From positions 4,102,886 to 4,166,885 of the forward strand of contig NC_019697.1 in assembly GCF_000317145.1 (NCBI RefSeq): DNA of 64,000 bases, written 5' to 3'. Below are positions 50,907 to 60,880 of the stretch, one piece after another. Both the position numbers and the translations under genes were made by a program. Origin of the DNA: Chamaesiphon minutus PCC 6605. Its GTDB lineage: Bacteria; Cyanobacteriota; Cyanobacteriia; Cyanobacteriales; Chamaesiphonaceae. Every line of letters starts with the position of its first letter. The stretch's first letter is position 1. The notes under the pieces are model-generated. The model saw nothing but the letters and a program-made list of their open reading frames with translations. It made no database searches and was not told the origin of the DNA.

Positions 50907-51203
50907 TTAGGGATTGGCACTTGGCTGTTTGTTAAATGCCACTTGAATAGCCAGTAGAATCAACCCGATTGCAATAATCCCAAATACTGCCGCACCCAAG
51001 GCTGTAGAACCCACAACCAGAGTGCGCAACGCCGTGGCAATATTTACTGCCATATTAGTCTTTTGAACCATCGGTTTGGTGGCAAACGTCGTGGCAATCT
51101 TACTAGTCATCATATACATCGCGATCGACATTGCGCCAGCAATCAGCGAACCAGTCAAACAACGCAAGGGACTGGGGAGAGTGGTTTCGGGAGGGGTAGT
51201 CAT
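50907..51203 (-). CDS. Small membrane protein
   Basis: 98 aa with two long hydrophobic helices. Confidence 0.35.
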   Translation of the reverse strand: MTTPPETTLPSPLRCLTGSLIAGAMSIAMYMMTSKIATTFATKPMVQKTNMAVNIATALRTLVVGSTALGAAVFGIIAIGLILLAIQVAFNKQPSANP

Positions 51204-51345
51204 TTTGGATTTTGGATTTTGGATTGAATACTGGTTATTAAAGTTGAGTAGCTGACAAGCAATGTGTTAGAAAAAGACAATTGGTATTTTTACCTTTAAC
51301 CTTTAACCTTTCCCCCTTCCTACACTAAAATTTCTCCCATACTCA

Positions 51346-52287
51346 CTAAACCACCCTGACGCCTCGATCGCAAAATTGAGTGACAAATAACTCTAAATCT
51401 GGATCGGAAAGAGCGGCACGGACTTGATGATAGATGGTATCAGCTTGCTCCCGCGAGGCTGCTAAACTAAATACCGTTGGCCCCGAACCAGACATCATCG
51501 TCCCTAAGTTGGGATGACGTTGAAATTCTGCCCGTAATTCGCCCACTTGTGGATAAGCAGGCAATACCACTTTTTCTAGATCGTTATACAAACGCTGTCC
51601 AATTTTAACGGCATCTTTAGCCGCGATCGCGCGAACTAAGTCTCCAGAATGTACGCGATGAGATCGATCTATTAAAGCCGTAGGCTCGCGTGCGTACTCA
51701 TGCTCGAATTCTCGTTGATAGGTTTTATAAGCCCAAGGGGTGGATACCTCTAAGCTCTGATATTTACCCAGCACCACATAGATCCCCGCTAAGCTAGGTA
51801 GGGGCGAGATTACCTCCCCTCTTCCGGTGGCAATGGCAGTTCCCCCCGAAATACAAAAGGGCACGTCAGAACCCAATTTTGCCCCCAATGCTTGCAAGTC
51901 GCTTTGAGTCAGTCCCAATTCCCACAATAAATCGATGCCAACCAGCACGGCGGCGGCATTCCCCGATCCGCCAGCCAATCCCGCCGCGATCGGGATATGT
52001 TTGTGTAAGGTGATTTCGACACCACCAGATTCGAGAAAAGCATCGGGAAATTCTTGTTGCATCAATTCAGCCGCTCGATAGGCTAAATTAGTCCGATCGA
52101 GTGGTACTTTGGGGTTACCGCAGTGCAGGATAATGTTATCGTTACTCACAGATCGAATATCTACTCGATCGGCCAATTCGACTGTCTGCATTACCATCAC
52201 TAGTTCGTGATAATTGTCAGGTCTGATCCCGAGAATTTCTAGATGGAGATTGATTTTGGCTGGGGCAATGAGCGTGTAAGATTTCAT
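51346..52287 (-). CDS. ispE: 4-diphosphocytidyl-2-C-methyl-D-erythritol kinase
   Basis: GHMP kinase motifs: APAKINLHLEI, and the ATP loop PIAAGLAGGSGNAAAVL. Confidence 0.85.
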   Translation of the reverse strand: MKSYTLIAPAKINLHLEILGIRPDNYHELVMVMQTVELADRVDIRSVSNDNIILHCGNPKVPLDRTNLAYRAAELMQQEFPDAFLESGGVEITLHKHIPIAAGLAGGSGNAAAVLVGIDLLWELGLTQSDLQALGAKLGSDVPFCISGGTAIATGRGEVISPLPSLAGIYVVLGKYQSLEVSTPWAYKTYQREFEHEYAREPTALIDRSHRVHSGDLVRAIAAKDAVKIGQRLYNDLEKVVLPAYPQVGELRAEFQRHPNLGTMMSGSGPTVFSLAASREQADTIYHQVRAALSDPDLELFVTQFCDRGVRVV

Positions 52288-52436
52288 CTAAATTTGTGGG
52301 TGACAAACCAATGTTATATTGGTGTTAATTTCGCGATTGAGTTCGATCGGCAGATTTCGATCGCCGATTGAGGATTGCGACGCTCGATCGAATTTGATGG
52401 AGACAGATCGCTAATATCTTTCGATCGCCAGCAATT

Positions 52437-53258
52437 CTAAATGTCATCGGGATCGATCCCTAAATCCCGCAGTTTGGTGGCTAATCTGTTAGCTCGCTCT
52501 TGCGCCCGTTGGGATTCAGCTTGTGCTTGTTGAGACTCTGCTTGCGCCCGTTGGGATTCAGCTTGCGCCCGTTGGGACTCTGCTTGCGCCCGTTGAAACT
52601 CTGCTTGCGCCTCCCTGGTTTTGGCAATTTCTAGCTTTGTTCGTTGCTGCTCTAACTTTACCCATTCAGTTGGTGTGGGATAACGCTGGTTATTTTCGTC
52701 ATACCAATACAGCCACTCTCTAGTTATACCGCCGTAGTCGCCCCGCTCGTAGCCGATACCCAATCCAAGTTCTGGCATCCATAAGGGATTACTAGTTTGT
52801 AACTCATAGATGCCATTTATCAGTTTGTAGATCTCTAATTTAGGTTTGCGCCGCCGTTGGGAATTATAAATTACATAGTAGAGAATCCCTAGCTCGGCAT
52901 ATCGATCTAGCTTGGTGGTATATTCCTGTCGATAAGTAGCTGAGACGATTTCAATCGCGAGGCTGGGTACCACCAACTCATCCCATAGTACATAACTGGG
53001 CTGCAGTTCTTCGTCGTAGCATCTTTCTACGCCCAAGCTGAGGAAACCATCGGGTACGATTGGCGGTAAATCTGGATCGAAATAAATTGCCATATCGATG
53101 CCAAACAGCCAATCCATGCGCTGTGCCCACAAAATCAGTAGGATTGATTTTAATAATCCAGGGATTAATTCTTGGAGTTCGCTATCCACAGGGGTGTCGT
53201 CGGAGCAGGGCAATTCTTCGGCAGAGGGTAGGCATCTGCGCAGTTCGGATTGGAACAT
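52437..53258 (-). CDS. Uma2-family (DUF820) putative endonuclease with C-terminal AQAESQR heptad repeats
   Basis: Core PSLAIEIVSATYRQEYTTKLDRYAELGILYYVIY. The C-terminus has five copies of QAESQRA, encoded by 21-bp DNA tandem repeats at 52495-52600. Confidence 0.7.
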   Translation of the reverse strand: MFQSELRRCLPSAEELPCSDDTPVDSELQELIPGLLKSILLILWAQRMDWLFGIDMAIYFDPDLPPIVPDGFLSLGVERCYDEELQPSYVLWDELVVPSLAIEIVSATYRQEYTTKLDRYAELGILYYVIYNSQRRRKPKLEIYKLINGIYELQTSNPLWMPELGLGIGYERGDYGGITREWLYWYDENNQRYPTPTEWVKLEQQRTKLEIAKTREAQAEFQRAQAESQRAQAESQRAQAESQQAQAESQRAQERANRLATKLRDLGIDPDDI

Positions 53259-53466
53259 GGCTACTATACCAAACTAGATAAGTGTATTTTAGCAAGGCTC
53301 GATCGACAATTATATTAATTTAGATTTTTGAACCACAGAGGCACAGCGATTTGCGAAAAGTCTAGTTCCCCGACAGTTTACGAGCAGAGCGGGACAGAGG
53401 CACACAGATCGCACAGACAATCAAAGATATTAACGCCATTCCGCTACCCAACCTACAAATCTATCT

Positions 53467-54321
53467 TCATTGAGAAGGATTATCTTCGATCGGGAAATCT
53501 GGCTCGCCCTTACGATCGCCTACCAAATTAGATAACTTTATCCACTGCTCGATACTAAGATCTTCAGCACGAGCTTCATCACTGATATTTAATGATGCGA
53601 GAAGTTCGACGAGTGATTCTCGATCGATCGCGCTTTGGAGATTATTTCTCAACATCTTCCGCCGCGTACTAAAACCCAATCTTACTAAATTATTTAATAA
53701 TTTTGGATTATTAGCAGTCAACTCCAACCTTCTCGGTGTCAGTCTAATCACGGCAGAATCAACCTTTGGTGGCGGCGAAAAGTCGCGAGCGGGCACGGGA
53801 CAAATTAATTCGCAGTGAGCTAAATATTGTACGCGAATCGATAAAGCTCCAAAAGCTTTGGTGCTGGGTTTTGCAAACAATCTGTCACCGACTTCTTTTT
53901 GAACTAATAACACGATCGAATCAAATGGTCGCTCTGCGGGATGGACGATATTACCTAAAAGTTTTTCGAGGATCGGCCCTGTAATATTATAAGGAATATT
54001 TGCAACGACTTTATTAGCTTGTTGAAATTTAGGAAAAGCGGTTAAATTACCATCGACATCGAGGTTGAGAAAGTCATTTTCTAATAAAATAAAATTATCG
54101 AGATGACCCATTTTTTTAACCAATAGCGCACTCAAATCCCGATCGATCTCCACTGCTACCACCGCACTTGCCGCTGCCACCAGCCGACGGGTGAGAATGC
54201 CAGTACCAGGGCCGATTTCCAGAATGCGATCGGTAGGAGCGATCTTCGCGGCGGTGATAATTCGATCGAGTACTTGTTCGTTACGCAACCAGTGTTGTCC
54301 GAATTGTTTCTTGGTCTTCAT
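53467..54321 (-). CDS. rsmA: 16S rRNA (adenine1518/1519-N6)-dimethyltransferase
   Basis: FGQHWLRNEQVLDRII, and the SAM motif ILEIGPGTGILT. Confidence 0.85.
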   Translation of the reverse strand: MKTKKQFGQHWLRNEQVLDRIITAAKIAPTDRILEIGPGTGILTRRLVAAASAVVAVEIDRDLSALLVKKMGHLDNFILLENDFLNLDVDGNLTAFPKFQQANKVVANIPYNITGPILEKLLGNIVHPAERPFDSIVLLVQKEVGDRLFAKPSTKAFGALSIRVQYLAHCELICPVPARDFSPPPKVDSAVIRLTPRRLELTANNPKLLNNLVRLGFSTRRKMLRNNLQSAIDRESLVELLASLNISDEARAEDLSIEQWIKLSNLVGDRKGEPDFPIEDNPSQ

Positions 54322-54626
54322 CTAGGGGATAGAGGGTAGAGGGTAGAGGGTAGAAAGAAATTCTTACCCTTTAATCTTTGTTTGTAATATTCAAACTTCA
54401 GATCGATCGACTGCATAGCAATCCTCGATCCATTACTGTTCGGTTAGACAGCTAGACAGCGGTTTCAACCGTCGCTAACGTTGCCAAGTCCGCTTTCTCT
54501 GCGAGACACTACACGAACGCGGACTAAAACTAGAGCAAATACTTGCTTAACCGAACGGTATCGATCCTCGATCGACTACTATAAAATCTCCGAAACCATT
54601 TCTTCTTCAATCACTACCCTCTACCT

Positions 54627-55385
54627 GTGCTACTTACCCTCAACTCACTACTGGCTGCACTGACATTTTATACCTGCTTTCCGATCTCGCCGAAGCTTCA
54701 ATTGGATTTCACCAGAATCGCTCGATGGGCACCTGCAATCGGGTTGTTATTGGGTGGAGGATTGGGATTGGTAGATCTGGGCTTAGATTGGCTACAAATG
54801 CCCATATCGATTCGATCGGGTATGATCGTGGTGTTATGGATTTGGTGGACGGGCGGATTGCATCTCGATGGGGCAATGGATAGTGCCGATGGCTTGGCAG
54901 TCCAAGATCCCGACAGAAGGTTGACGGTGATGTCAGATAGCGTTACTGGCGCATTTGGGGCGATGGTAGCGGTAGTTATCATCTTACTCAAAACTTGCGC
55001 CCTAACTGCAATTACTGGCGATCGAATCTGGATTTTACCGTTAGTTGCAGGCTGGAGTCGCTGGGGACAAGTACTTTCGATCGGTTTGTATCCCTATCTC
55101 AAAATCCAAGGCAAGGGCGCATTTCACCGCAAAGGACTAAATATACCTAATGACATCTTACTGGGACTGTTCTTTGTCTTGGCTGTAACTGGATGCCAGA
55201 TCTATTTACAACCCGCAAATTGGTTGGCGATCGGGATAAGATCGATCGCTAGTTGTGGGATTGCCGTTTTAGTTGGGTATTATTTTCATCGCCGTTTGGG
55301 CGGACATACTGGCGATACCTATGGTGCAGTTGTGGAGTGGTCAGAAACATTTATCTTGTGTCTGTGTACGATTCCAATCTCCTAG
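54627..55385 (+). CDS. cobS: Adenosylcobinamide-GDP ribazoletransferase (cobalamin synthase)
   Basis: Polytopic membrane protein with a GGHTGDTYGA motif near the C-terminus. Confidence 0.7.
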   Translation: MLLTLNSLLAALTFYTCFPISPKLQLDFTRIARWAPAIGLLLGGGLGLVDLGLDWLQMPISIRSGMIVVLWIWWTGGLHLDGAMDSADGLAVQDPDRRLTVMSDSVTGAFGAMVAVVIILLKTCALTAITGDRIWILPLVAGWSRWGQVLSIGLYPYLKIQGKGAFHRKGLNIPNDILLGLFFVLAVTGCQIYLQPANWLAIGIRSIASCGIAVLVGYYFHRRLGGHTGDTYGAVVEWSETFILCLCTIPIS

Positions 55386-55440
55386 TTCGGGATAAGAATA
55401 CTGCTCCGTTCGGGCATTGCCCTCAAATGAATTAGTTGCT

Positions 55441-55500
55441 CAGAGCGAAAGTCCACTTCAGTGGACTGAAGAATCTGGCAGTCCACTTCAGTGGACTTCT
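55441..55500. repeat. Two tandem hairpins agtccacttcagtggact (a possible cobS terminator)
   Basis: gaaagtccacttcagtggactgaag...cagtccacttcagtggacttc. Same family as the agttcgcttcagcgaact hairpins at 14478 and 24417. Confidence 0.5.
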
Positions 55501-55783
55501 ACTCTTAGCCCGTTGGCGAAGCCTATCCGAAGGCTACACTTATAGTTCAGGGCGGTGATAGAACGAAGCTAACAATTTTTGAATGGAGAGAGATCCTTAA
55601 ACCCGAACTCAGGTCTTCTCAGTCCGCGATTTCGATCGCAGGCACTCGACTTTGTGTAATATTCTCCGAAAATTTGTTATTATTAGAAGGTTGTCTAAAA
55701 ATTCGCACATTCAGGAATTCGGGTGTTTCACAACGAAATACAGCCTGGATGGAGGATAAACCCGATTAGGAGTAAAGAATCTT

Positions 55784-56575
55784 ATGCCAGTAGTAACCTT
55801 GGCGCAAATGATGGAGTCTGGCGTCCACTTCGGACACCAAACCAGACGTTGGAACCCCAAAATGGCTCCATACATCTTCACTGCGCGCAACGGCGTACAC
55901 ATTATCGACTTGGTGCAAACCGCCCAGTTGATGGAAGAAGCCTATACGTATATGCGGACAGCCGCAGAACAAGGCAAACGGTTTCTGTTTGTCGGTACCA
56001 AACGTCAAGCAGCAGGTATCATCGCACAAGAAGCGAGTCGGTGTGGTGCAGCGTACATCAACCAACGGTGGTTGGGGGGAATGCTTACCAACTGGACGAC
56101 GATCAAAAGTCGGGTCGAACGCTTGAAAGATCTCGAACGTCGTGAAGCCAGCGGCGCGCTAGATTTGTTACCCAAGAAAGAAGCTTCCGTACTGCGACGG
56201 GAAATGGCTAAACTCCAGAAATATCTGGGTGGGATCAAGAATATGCGCAAGGTACCCGATATCGTCATTGTTGTCGATCAACGACGGGAATATAACGCGA
56301 TGTTGGAATGCCAAAAGCTAAACATTCCGATTGTCTCGCTACTAGATACCAACTGCGACCCCGACTTGGTTGATGTAGCTATCCCCGCGAATGACGATGC
56401 AATTCGTTCCGTCAAACTAATCCTCGGCAAACTCGCCGATGCGATTTATGAAGGTCGTCACGGTCAACTTGAAGGTGCCGATATCGATCCTTACGATGGC
56501 TATGAAGACGTTGAAGACGACTTCGATGAAGAAGGAGAATTTGCTGAAGCTGCTGATGAAGGCAGCGAAGGCTAA
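55784..56575 (+). CDS. rpsB: 30S ribosomal protein S2
   Basis: [32 protein letters not shown], with an acidic C-terminal tail. Confidence 0.95.
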   Translation: MPVVTLAQMMESGVHFGHQTRRWNPKMAPYIFTARNGVHIIDLVQTAQLMEEAYTYMRTAAEQGKRFLFVGTKRQAAGIIAQEASRCGAAYINQRWLGGMLTNWTTIKSRVERLKDLERREASGALDLLPKKEASVLRREMAKLQKYLGGIKNMRKVPDIVIVVDQRREYNAMLECQKLNIPIVSLLDTNCDPDLVDVAIPANDDAIRSVKLILGKLADAIYEGRHGQLEGADIDPYDGYEDVEDDFDEEGEFAEAADEGSEG

Positions 56576-56725
56576 AATTAGGGAATAGGGATTAGGGATT
56601 GTTGCAGCAATTATTTAGTTAATTGTGAGGCTGGGGGAAAGGGGAAAGGGAAAAGGGGAAAGGGATGAATGCATCATGTAATTTACCCCTTACCCTTTAC
56701 CCCTTACCCTTTACCCCTTGACCTT
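56576..56725. repeat. Inverted STRR heptamer arrays in the rpsB-tsf spacer
   Basis: gggaatagggattagggatt...ggggaaaggggaaagggaaaaggggaaaggg followed by ccccttaccctttaccccttaccctttacccct. The two arrays are complementary. Confidence 0.6.
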
Positions 56726-56767
56726 TACCCCTCTACCAAAAACCATCTCGAACACAGATAAAGGAAA

Positions 56768-57712
56768 ATGGCTGAAATAACTGCAAAGATGGTTCAAGAA
56801 CTGCGCCGCCAGACGGGTGCAGGTATGATGGACTGTAAAAAAGCTTTAGGCGAAACTGAAGGCGATTTGACCAAAGCGTCAGAATGGCTGCGTCAAAAAG
56901 GCATGGTTGCTGCTGGCAAAAAAAGTGACAGAGTAACTGCTGAAGGCTTAGTCGATAACTATATTCAAGCCGACGGCAAAACTGGCGTGTTAATCGAAGT
57001 CAACTGTCAAACAGACTTTGTGGCACGCAACGATGCTTTCAAAGAATTAGTCCAAAGTCTGGCACACCAAGCGATTACTGCCGATAGCGTCGATGCACTT
57101 TTGACTCAACCCTATGCGGCTGACAGTAGCATCAAAGTATCAGAAGCAATTGTCCAATCGATCGCCAAAATTGGTGAAAATCTCAACGTGCGTCGCTTAG
57201 CTAACTATCACGTTGCTGATGATACTCAAGGTGCTGTTGATTGCTACATCCACACTGGTGGCAGAGTCGGCGTATTGTTAGAAGTCGGGTGTACTTCTGC
57301 AAAAGTGGCAGACAGCGATGATTTCAAAGTATTAGCCAGGAACTTGGCAATGCAAGTTGCTGCCTGTCCTAATGTCGAGTATATCAACGTCTCCGAAATT
57401 CCTGAAGCGATCGCAGCTAAGGAAAAAGAAATCGAAATGGGACGCGACGATATTGCCAATAAACCCGACAATATCAAAGAAAAGATCGTCCAAGGACGTA
57501 TCGACAAACGCCTTAAAGAAATGACCTTAGTAGATCAACCCTACATTAAGGATCAAAATATCACGGTAACTGAGTTGATCGCTCAAACTACCAAACAGTT
57601 GGGCGAAGATATTACAGTCCGCCGTTTCACTCGCTTTATCCTCGGCGAAGGGATCGAGAAAGTCGAATCTGATTTCGCTGCTGAAGTTGCAGCTCAAATG
57701 GGCAAAGCCTAA
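56768..57712 (+). CDS. tsf: Elongation factor Ts (long cyanobacterial form)
   Basis: [27 protein letters not shown], a UBA-like N-terminus plus a duplicated core. Confidence 0.95.
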   Translation: MAEITAKMVQELRRQTGAGMMDCKKALGETEGDLTKASEWLRQKGMVAAGKKSDRVTAEGLVDNYIQADGKTGVLIEVNCQTDFVARNDAFKELVQSLAHQAITADSVDALLTQPYAADSSIKVSEAIVQSIAKIGENLNVRRLANYHVADDTQGAVDCYIHTGGRVGVLLEVGCTSAKVADSDDFKVLARNLAMQVAACPNVEYINVSEIPEAIAAKEKEIEMGRDDIANKPDNIKEKIVQGRIDKRLKEMTLVDQPYIKDQNITVTELIAQTTKQLGEDITVRRFTRFILGEGIEKVESDFAAEVAAQMGKA

Positions 57713-57725
57713 GTTATTAGGTAAT

Positions 57726-57762
57726 ATCAATAAAAAAGATAGGTCTAAATTTAGACCTATCT
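57726..57762. terminator. Bidirectional rho-independent terminator
   Basis: aaaaagataggtctaaatttagacctatcttttt: a perfect 13-bp stem with T/A tracts on both sides, between convergent tsf and the DUF1611-like gene. Confidence 0.7.
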
Positions 57763-57823
57763 TTTTTATTGATAGGTCGAAGGTACAATTCCTACAAATT
57801 CATTTATCGATTTAGCAAGATAT

Positions 57824-58861
57824 TTAAATCAATAATTCTGATAATTGTTTGAGATTGCAATCGATGTTATTGAAAACGGGGATATCAGTAAATTCAGCTA
57901 ACTCTCGTAGAAATAATGGCGAACTAGAACACACACCCGAAATAGCATCTGGAACTAGGCCAAATTCCTGCTTGAGGACATTTAAGCCCCCGATCGCACC
58001 AAAAGTATCATGAGCGGCAAATATCAGCTTGTGAATCCGCGATCGCACGTCTGGAGACTTCAATAATAGTGCTGTTTCTCGTTGTAAAATTCCGTCTGCT
58101 AATTCAACACACCAATAATTTTTAGGATTATTAGCATACTTAAGATCGAGATCGTTAAATATTTTCACTACTTCTTTTTCTTCTAAAAGGTAAGTAGATG
58201 GAAATCCAAAATGTGTAAAGTCATTAACGATCGAAGCTCCCGCATCTTGCATGTGCAAAATATCTTTAAGACTAGCAGTACCCGTCACCTTAGAAGCACG
58301 AACATCATATCCCATGGTAGTCAACGCCCAACAACAAGCTGTCGCACTAGTACTCTTACCAGAGTTCATACTAGTCCCGATAAATAGAATTAATTTGGAT
58401 CTATCTTCTTTTTTCTCCGTTTTCTTGGGTTGAATTAACGGATAGTTACGGGTATTAACAACTTCACCAGTGGAATCACAAATATAACCTAATATTTTGA
58501 TCTGAGTAGGTTCTTTAACCGATGAGTTTTTAACTTGGACATTGCCAATAATACCCGATCGAGCCAACAGATCGACCTTATTTGTCATCGTTAGCGGGAT
58601 AGTTCCTTCATAAAAATCCGGCGCATAGCGATTCCCAAATACAAAGATCGCTGTCGAGCCTTCATTGAGCCTGTGAATTCTTCCCGATTTATTCTCTAGT
58701 TCGACATGTTGCCCGAGTCTAGTAACTTTCCCATAGACAACATCACCATTTTCTGGTTGTTTTTCTAGAAAATTATAATATTTAATTTGCTTTCTACTAA
58801 TCGTGTATGCAGCACTAGGAAGAATATACCAGTCAGGAATCTTGTGCATATGAATCATCAC
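57824..58861 (-). CDS. DUF1611-like protein with P-loop-like motif
   Basis: 345 aa. GTSMNSGKSTSA plus a Rossmann-like C-terminal half. AT-rich coding sequence. The DUF1611 family assignment is from memory. Confidence 0.45.
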   Translation of the reverse strand: MMIHMHKIPDWYILPSAAYTISRKQIKYYNFLEKQPENGDVVYGKVTRLGQHVELENKSGRIHRLNEGSTAIFVFGNRYAPDFYEGTIPLTMTNKVDLLARSGIIGNVQVKNSSVKEPTQIKILGYICDSTGEVVNTRNYPLIQPKKTEKKEDRSKLILFIGTSMNSGKSTSATACCWALTTMGYDVRASKVTGTASLKDILHMQDAGASIVNDFTHFGFPSTYLLEEKEVVKIFNDLDLKYANNPKNYWCVELADGILQRETALLLKSPDVRSRIHKLIFAAHDTFGAIGGLNVLKQEFGLVPDAISGVCSSSPLFLRELAEFTDIPVFNNIDCNLKQLSELLI

Positions 58862-59009
58862 GAACGATTTACACTATTTTCCTGCCACTCGATCGATCCA
58901 CGCTGTGCTATTTTATGCAATCTGCAATAACTTTTCTAAAGGATCGCGCTTTTTATCACGATTACGGTGTGTTATCGCGCCAGCCTAACGCACCAGAACT
59001 AATAAAATA

Positions 59010-59222
59010 TCACGATCGATCTAAATCTTTCGCCGCCAATATACGCGGTACAACAATCAAAAAATAAGTCCACCACAGCACAATTAATGCCCCTACTGGC
59101 ACAGTTAACCAAAAAGTATGAAATACCAGCCAACTACCTGCAATGATAATTATCCCAGTCAAGATAATCGTCCACGGCTGACACCACCAAGGCTTAGATT
59201 CCCAAAGGTTTGTCTTGCTCAC
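59010..59222 (-). CDS. Small 2-TM membrane protein
   Basis: 70 aa with two hydrophobic helices and a Trp-rich segment. Confidence 0.3.
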   Translation of the reverse strand: MSKTNLWESKPWWCQPWTIILTGIIIIAGSWLVFHTFWLTVPVGALIVLWWTYFLIVVPRILAAKDLDRS

Positions 59223-59329
59223 GATTTAATTAATTATTTTACTTAGATTAATCATAGTGCTAAACTCGATCGAGAAATATTAACTCAGCGCAAACAATGT
59301 TTAGGGAACGCACTAGATCTGGGACAGCA

Positions 59330-59623
59330 TTAAGGTTGGCGATTTTTCCAGTAATTTGGTTTGCGACTACAGTGCATCACGGCGATGATGAGAAGATAGT
59401 CTTGCTCGATCGAATATAGAATTGCATACGGAAATTTACGAGTCATACATCGGCGCACATCTTCATCAATCTCAGGATAGCGAGTAGCAGATTCTCGAAT
59501 TCGGTAAACTGCATCCTCGATCGAATTAATAAAGGCTTGAGCAATCTCCCTATTTTGATTTGCATAGTATTTAACCGCTTCACCATACTCAGCTAAAGCG
59601 TCTGGATGAAATACATATTTCAT
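59330..59623 (-). CDS. Type II toxin, ParE/RelE superfamily
   Basis: 97 aa with a basic C-terminus (RKFPYAILYSIEQDYLLIIAVMHCSRKP). Has a 4-bp overlap with the upstream antitoxin ORF. Confidence 0.65.
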   Translation of the reverse strand: MKYVFHPDALAEYGEAVKYYANQNREIAQAFINSIEDAVYRIRESATRYPEIDEDVRRCMTRKFPYAILYSIEQDYLLIIAVMHCSRKPNYWKNRQP

Positions 59624-59850
59624 AGATCGATCGAGTTCCGAACCTGTGCTAGTGCATCATCGCCAGGAATAGCCCGCACAGATCCATCCCGCACCTCATC
59701 TCGGCGTTTTTTTGCTTCTGAACTCCAAGCGGATTGAATATCGGTGTCGATGTCAAACTCTAGGCTCTCAATTAGCTTGTCTGCGAGGATTGCTCTGGAT
59801 GCACTAGGCAAGGATAAGATTTCTGCTGTCAATCGATCGAGTGATATCAT
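59620..59850 (-). CDS. Antitoxin (putative addiction-module component) paired with the ParE/RelE toxin
   Basis: Likely start MISLDRLTAEILSLPSASRAILADKLIESLE, with a helical C-terminal region. The stop overlaps the toxin start (ATGA). Confidence 0.55.
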   Translation of the reverse strand: MISLDRLTAEILSLPSASRAILADKLIESLEFDIDTDIQSAWSSEAKKRRDEVRDGSVRAIPGDDALAQVRNSIDL

Positions 59851-60069
59851 ACTTATTTTTCCAGGTGTTAACCATACCTCCATTTTAGCAAAAGCGTCAA
59901 CAGAAGGATCGATCGATCGAACACCCTCATTTTAGCTTGGGGAGTCATCAACTCGGTTTTTCTAGGAAAATAACGAAATCGCGAAGATCGATCGAACATT
60001 TATCATTATTTCCCATAAAAATGAAACGTCGATCTAAAGTATTAGTCAAACATCAGCACATCACCCACT

Positions 60070-60738
60070 TTATCGCCTTACGAGCTTAACTTCATCCTCC
60101 GACCAAAGAGGGAAAGACCAAAAACCATTGTACCCTTCTTCTATCCATATTGGCGATGGTGATTGTGCCGCTAATTCTGGGGTATAAGACGGACAATATT
60201 TGGCTGTGCCGAAATCTTCGCTTGTAATAAAGTTATCTTCACGAAACCATTTACCATTCGATCTGATTAGTGAGAAAATAAAATTGCCACTAGCCTCATA
60301 TATTTCCCAACCTGTAATACCATTGTCCCACCCGTCATCAACATAACCTTCAATATACACAGCAAAAGTCTCAAGATTAGCAACATGAAACTTTACGACA
60401 TGAATCTCCGTTAAACAGTATCTGGAATACCAAATATGACGATTAAAAGACTCAATTACCGATACTGGTACTTTGCTTGAATCTAGCCTTTTAATCTTAA
60501 TTGCATCTGGAAGCCACTTAACTTTTGGAAACCCTTCCCGATGATATCGATCGATATCATCGGAGATATTTGTAGATGGGAATTGTGTTTCAAATTCTAA
60601 ATTACTGTACTCATCGGCGAGAGTAACATAACCAATACTAATACTAGAAAGAAACCGCCGAATACGCCCACCACTGCTTTCTTCCATTTGCCGTCCATAA
60701 AATTTTTTGATGGACGATAGATCTTGCTTCGTCAGCAT
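60070..60738 (-). CDS. Hypothetical protein (orphan, AT-rich)
   Basis: 222 aa, Trp/Tyr-rich, with no recognised motif. Confidence 0.45.
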   Translation of the reverse strand: MLTKQDLSSIKKFYGRQMEESSGGRIRRFLSSISIGYVTLADEYSNLEFETQFPSTNISDDIDRYHREGFPKVKWLPDAIKIKRLDSSKVPVSVIESFNRHIWYSRYCLTEIHVVKFHVANLETFAVYIEGYVDDGWDNGITGWEIYEASGNFIFSLIRSNGKWFREDNFITSEDFGTAKYCPSYTPELAAQSPSPIWIEEGYNGFWSFPLWSEDEVKLVRR

Positions 60739-60880
60739 TATTTACAAGTTTATTGATTTAATTTGAACATTTATAGATAGGGTACGACTTCGCCCGTACC
60801 AGCCAGTGGTATATTCATTGTGCATTTAGACTAAATGGTAACTTAAAATAGAACAACCTAGATACAGAAGCTAAATCCAG

